64,000 nt of DNA from Candidatus Acidiferrum sp. (GTDB lineage: Bacteria; Acidobacteriota; Terriglobia; Acidiferrales; UBA7541): NCBI GenBank assembly GCA_035314425.1, contig DATFZN010000114.1, positions 4,232 through 68,231 on the forward strand, written 5' to 3'. The notes under the pieces are model-generated. The model did no database searches and was not told where the DNA came from. It was given only the letters and a program-made list of their open reading frames with translations. This document shows positions 62,928-64,000 of this stretch, piece after piece; within the stretch, counting starts at the first letter, position 1; every line of letters begins with the position of its first letter. The translations under genes were made by a program, and so were the position numbers.

Positions 62928-64000
62928 TCAGTAGCCGCCTCCCGATTCAAGTCTCGCTCCCAGCATTTCGCGGGCAGCACGTAGAAGCGCCGACCTGCTA
63001 AACGGTTTAGTCAACAGGCGAACGCCAGGATCGGCGTCGGCCATCTCCGTTGCTGCATGTTCGCTATAGCCTGACATGAAAATGACCCGAACGTTCGGTT
63101 GTTCGTGCTGCAGATTCACGGCCAATTCCTGGCCGGTCATTCCTGGCATCACCATATCGGTTACCAACAATTCGATTTTCCCGGCGTTTTGACGCGCGAG
63201 TTCGATGGCTTCCCTGCCATTTTTCGCTTCGATCACCTTGTAACCGCCCGATTCAAGAAATTGTCTGGCGATTTCTCGCACGTCGGCCTCATCTTCCGTG
63301 AGCAACACAGTTTCCGTGCCACTCGGAATTTCCGCAGTTGGCTTGGGAACTCCGACTTGCTCCTCGGCCTGATCTACGCGGGGCAAGTAAATCTTGAAGC
63401 ACGTGCCCTTCCCGAGTTCACTGTAAACCCAGATGAAGCCACCGCTTTGTTTGACGATCCCGTAAACCGTGGCCAATCCTAACCCAGTGCCTTTTCCTTT
63501 TTCCTTGGTAGTAAAGAACGGTTCGAAAATGTGCGCCTGCGTCTCCGCATCCATGCCCGTTCCGCTGTCGGAAACAGTAAGTTGTACGTACTTTCCTGGC
63601 TTCATCAATGGATGACTTGACGTGTAGCCATGATCCAGCTCCGCGTTGGCAGTTTCGATCAAAAGCTTTCCGCCGTTGGTCATGGCGTCACGCGCGTTCA
63701 CGGCGAGATTCATGATGACTTGTTCCATCTGGCTGGCATCGGCACGAATCGCTCCGAGTCTTTCCGAAGCGCATATCGAAAGATCAATATCTTCCCCAAT
63801 CAACCGCGGCAGGAGCTTCCCCATTTCGTCGACGATCGAATTCAGGTTGATAATCTGCGGCTGCAACACTTGCATGCGACTAAACGCCAGCAGTTGCCGC
63901 GTGAGTGAAGCGGCACGGTCCGCGGAGCTGTCAATCTGCTGTATTTTCCGGCTTATACTATCTGTCGGCGATAATACATTCAGCAGCAGTTCGGTGTGGC
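62928..64000 (-). CDS. Hybrid sensor histidine kinase, C-terminal part (HisKA end, HATPase, receiver); the 5' end lies beyond the window
   Basis: The minus-strand frame stays open past the ORF-track ATG (63875) to nt 64000 and encodes ...ADRAASLTRQLLAFSRMQVLQPQ, the end of a DHp domain. This is followed by NLAVNARDA, DSGTGMD, GKGTGLGLATVYGIV and a receiver (VLLTEDE, LLVTDMVMP, TKPF). Confidence 0.85.
   Translation of the reverse strand, partial: HTELLLNVLSPTDSISRKIQQIDSSADRAASLTRQLLAFSRMQVLQPQIINLNSIVDEMGKLLPRLIGEDIDLSICASERLGAIRADASQMEQVIMNLAVNARDAMTNGGKLLIETANAELDHGYTSSHPLMKPGKYVQLTVSDSGTGMDAETQAHIFEPFFTTKEKGKGTGLGLATVYGIVKQSGGFIWVYSELGKGTCFKIYLPRVDQAEEQVGVPKPTAEIPSGTETVLLTEDEADVREIARQFLESGGYKVIEAKNGREAIELARQNAGKIELLVTDMVMPGMTGQELAVNLQHEQPNVRVIFMSGYSEHAATEMADADPGVRLLTKPFSRSALLRAAREMLGARLESGGGY

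Overview
The window reads as ordinary chromosome from a moderately GC-rich soil bacterium. CarboxypepD-type TonB receptors, a CRTAC1/ASPIC protein, many Tat/Sec exported hydrolases and heavy use of ATGA-coupled operons suggest Acidobacteriota, but this is inference only. All family names come from motif recognition by eye; no searches were run. About 57 protein genes are supported, and I saw no rRNA, tRNA, CRISPR array, transposase or integrase.

Layout:
- (1) 3-2501: 3' part of a TonB-dependent receptor.
- (2) 2678-11148: a 7-gene, translationally coupled minus-strand operon (guanine-deaminase-like, FAD oxidase, creatininase-family amidohydrolase, CocE/NonD hydrolase, NitT/TauT-type ABC ATPase and permease, DUF3891). 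It is flanked by a divergent NMT1/THI5-type binding protein and an FCY1-type cytosine deaminase. I read this as an N-heterocycle uptake and catabolism or salvage locus.
- (3) pgi and a large membrane protein.
- (4) LacI, GH3 beta-glucosidase and a GH144-like protein, a candidate beta-1,2-glucan locus, followed by a CRTAC1-like protein.
- (5) 22823-32620: LacI plus a complete methylmalonyl-CoA module (5S, 12S and 1.3S transcarboxylase subunits, a small accessory protein, epimerase, MutA, MutB, MeaB).
- (6) An exported creatininase paralog and two PilZ proteins.
- (7) 35340-43407 (minus strand): chemosensory operon 1 (TonB_C, MCP, cheW, cheR, cheA, cheB, cheY, cheX).
- (8) 43795-47938: a cytoplasmic GAF/PAS histidine kinase, a receiver and a sigma-54 enhancer-binding protein.
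- (9) 48185-50691: three genes of unknown function.
- (10) 50798-60929: chemosensory cluster 2 in Pil-Chp gene order, with extra CheW-like genes and unusual response regulators.
- (11) A Tat-signal small protein plus an amidase, and the 3' part of a hybrid histidine kinase running off the window.

The most interesting signal is regulatory. Three sigma-54 -24/-12 elements precede operon 1, the unknown trio and cluster 2. One is near-consensus, and the other two share an identical CGTGCAT -12 box. Each lies 90-160 bp downstream of a TCTCA-N3-TGAGA dyad or a TGAGAC cluster. This suggests the central HK/REC/EBP module controls both chemosensory systems and the uncharacterised trio, which includes a pseudo-receiver/pseudo-DHp protein.
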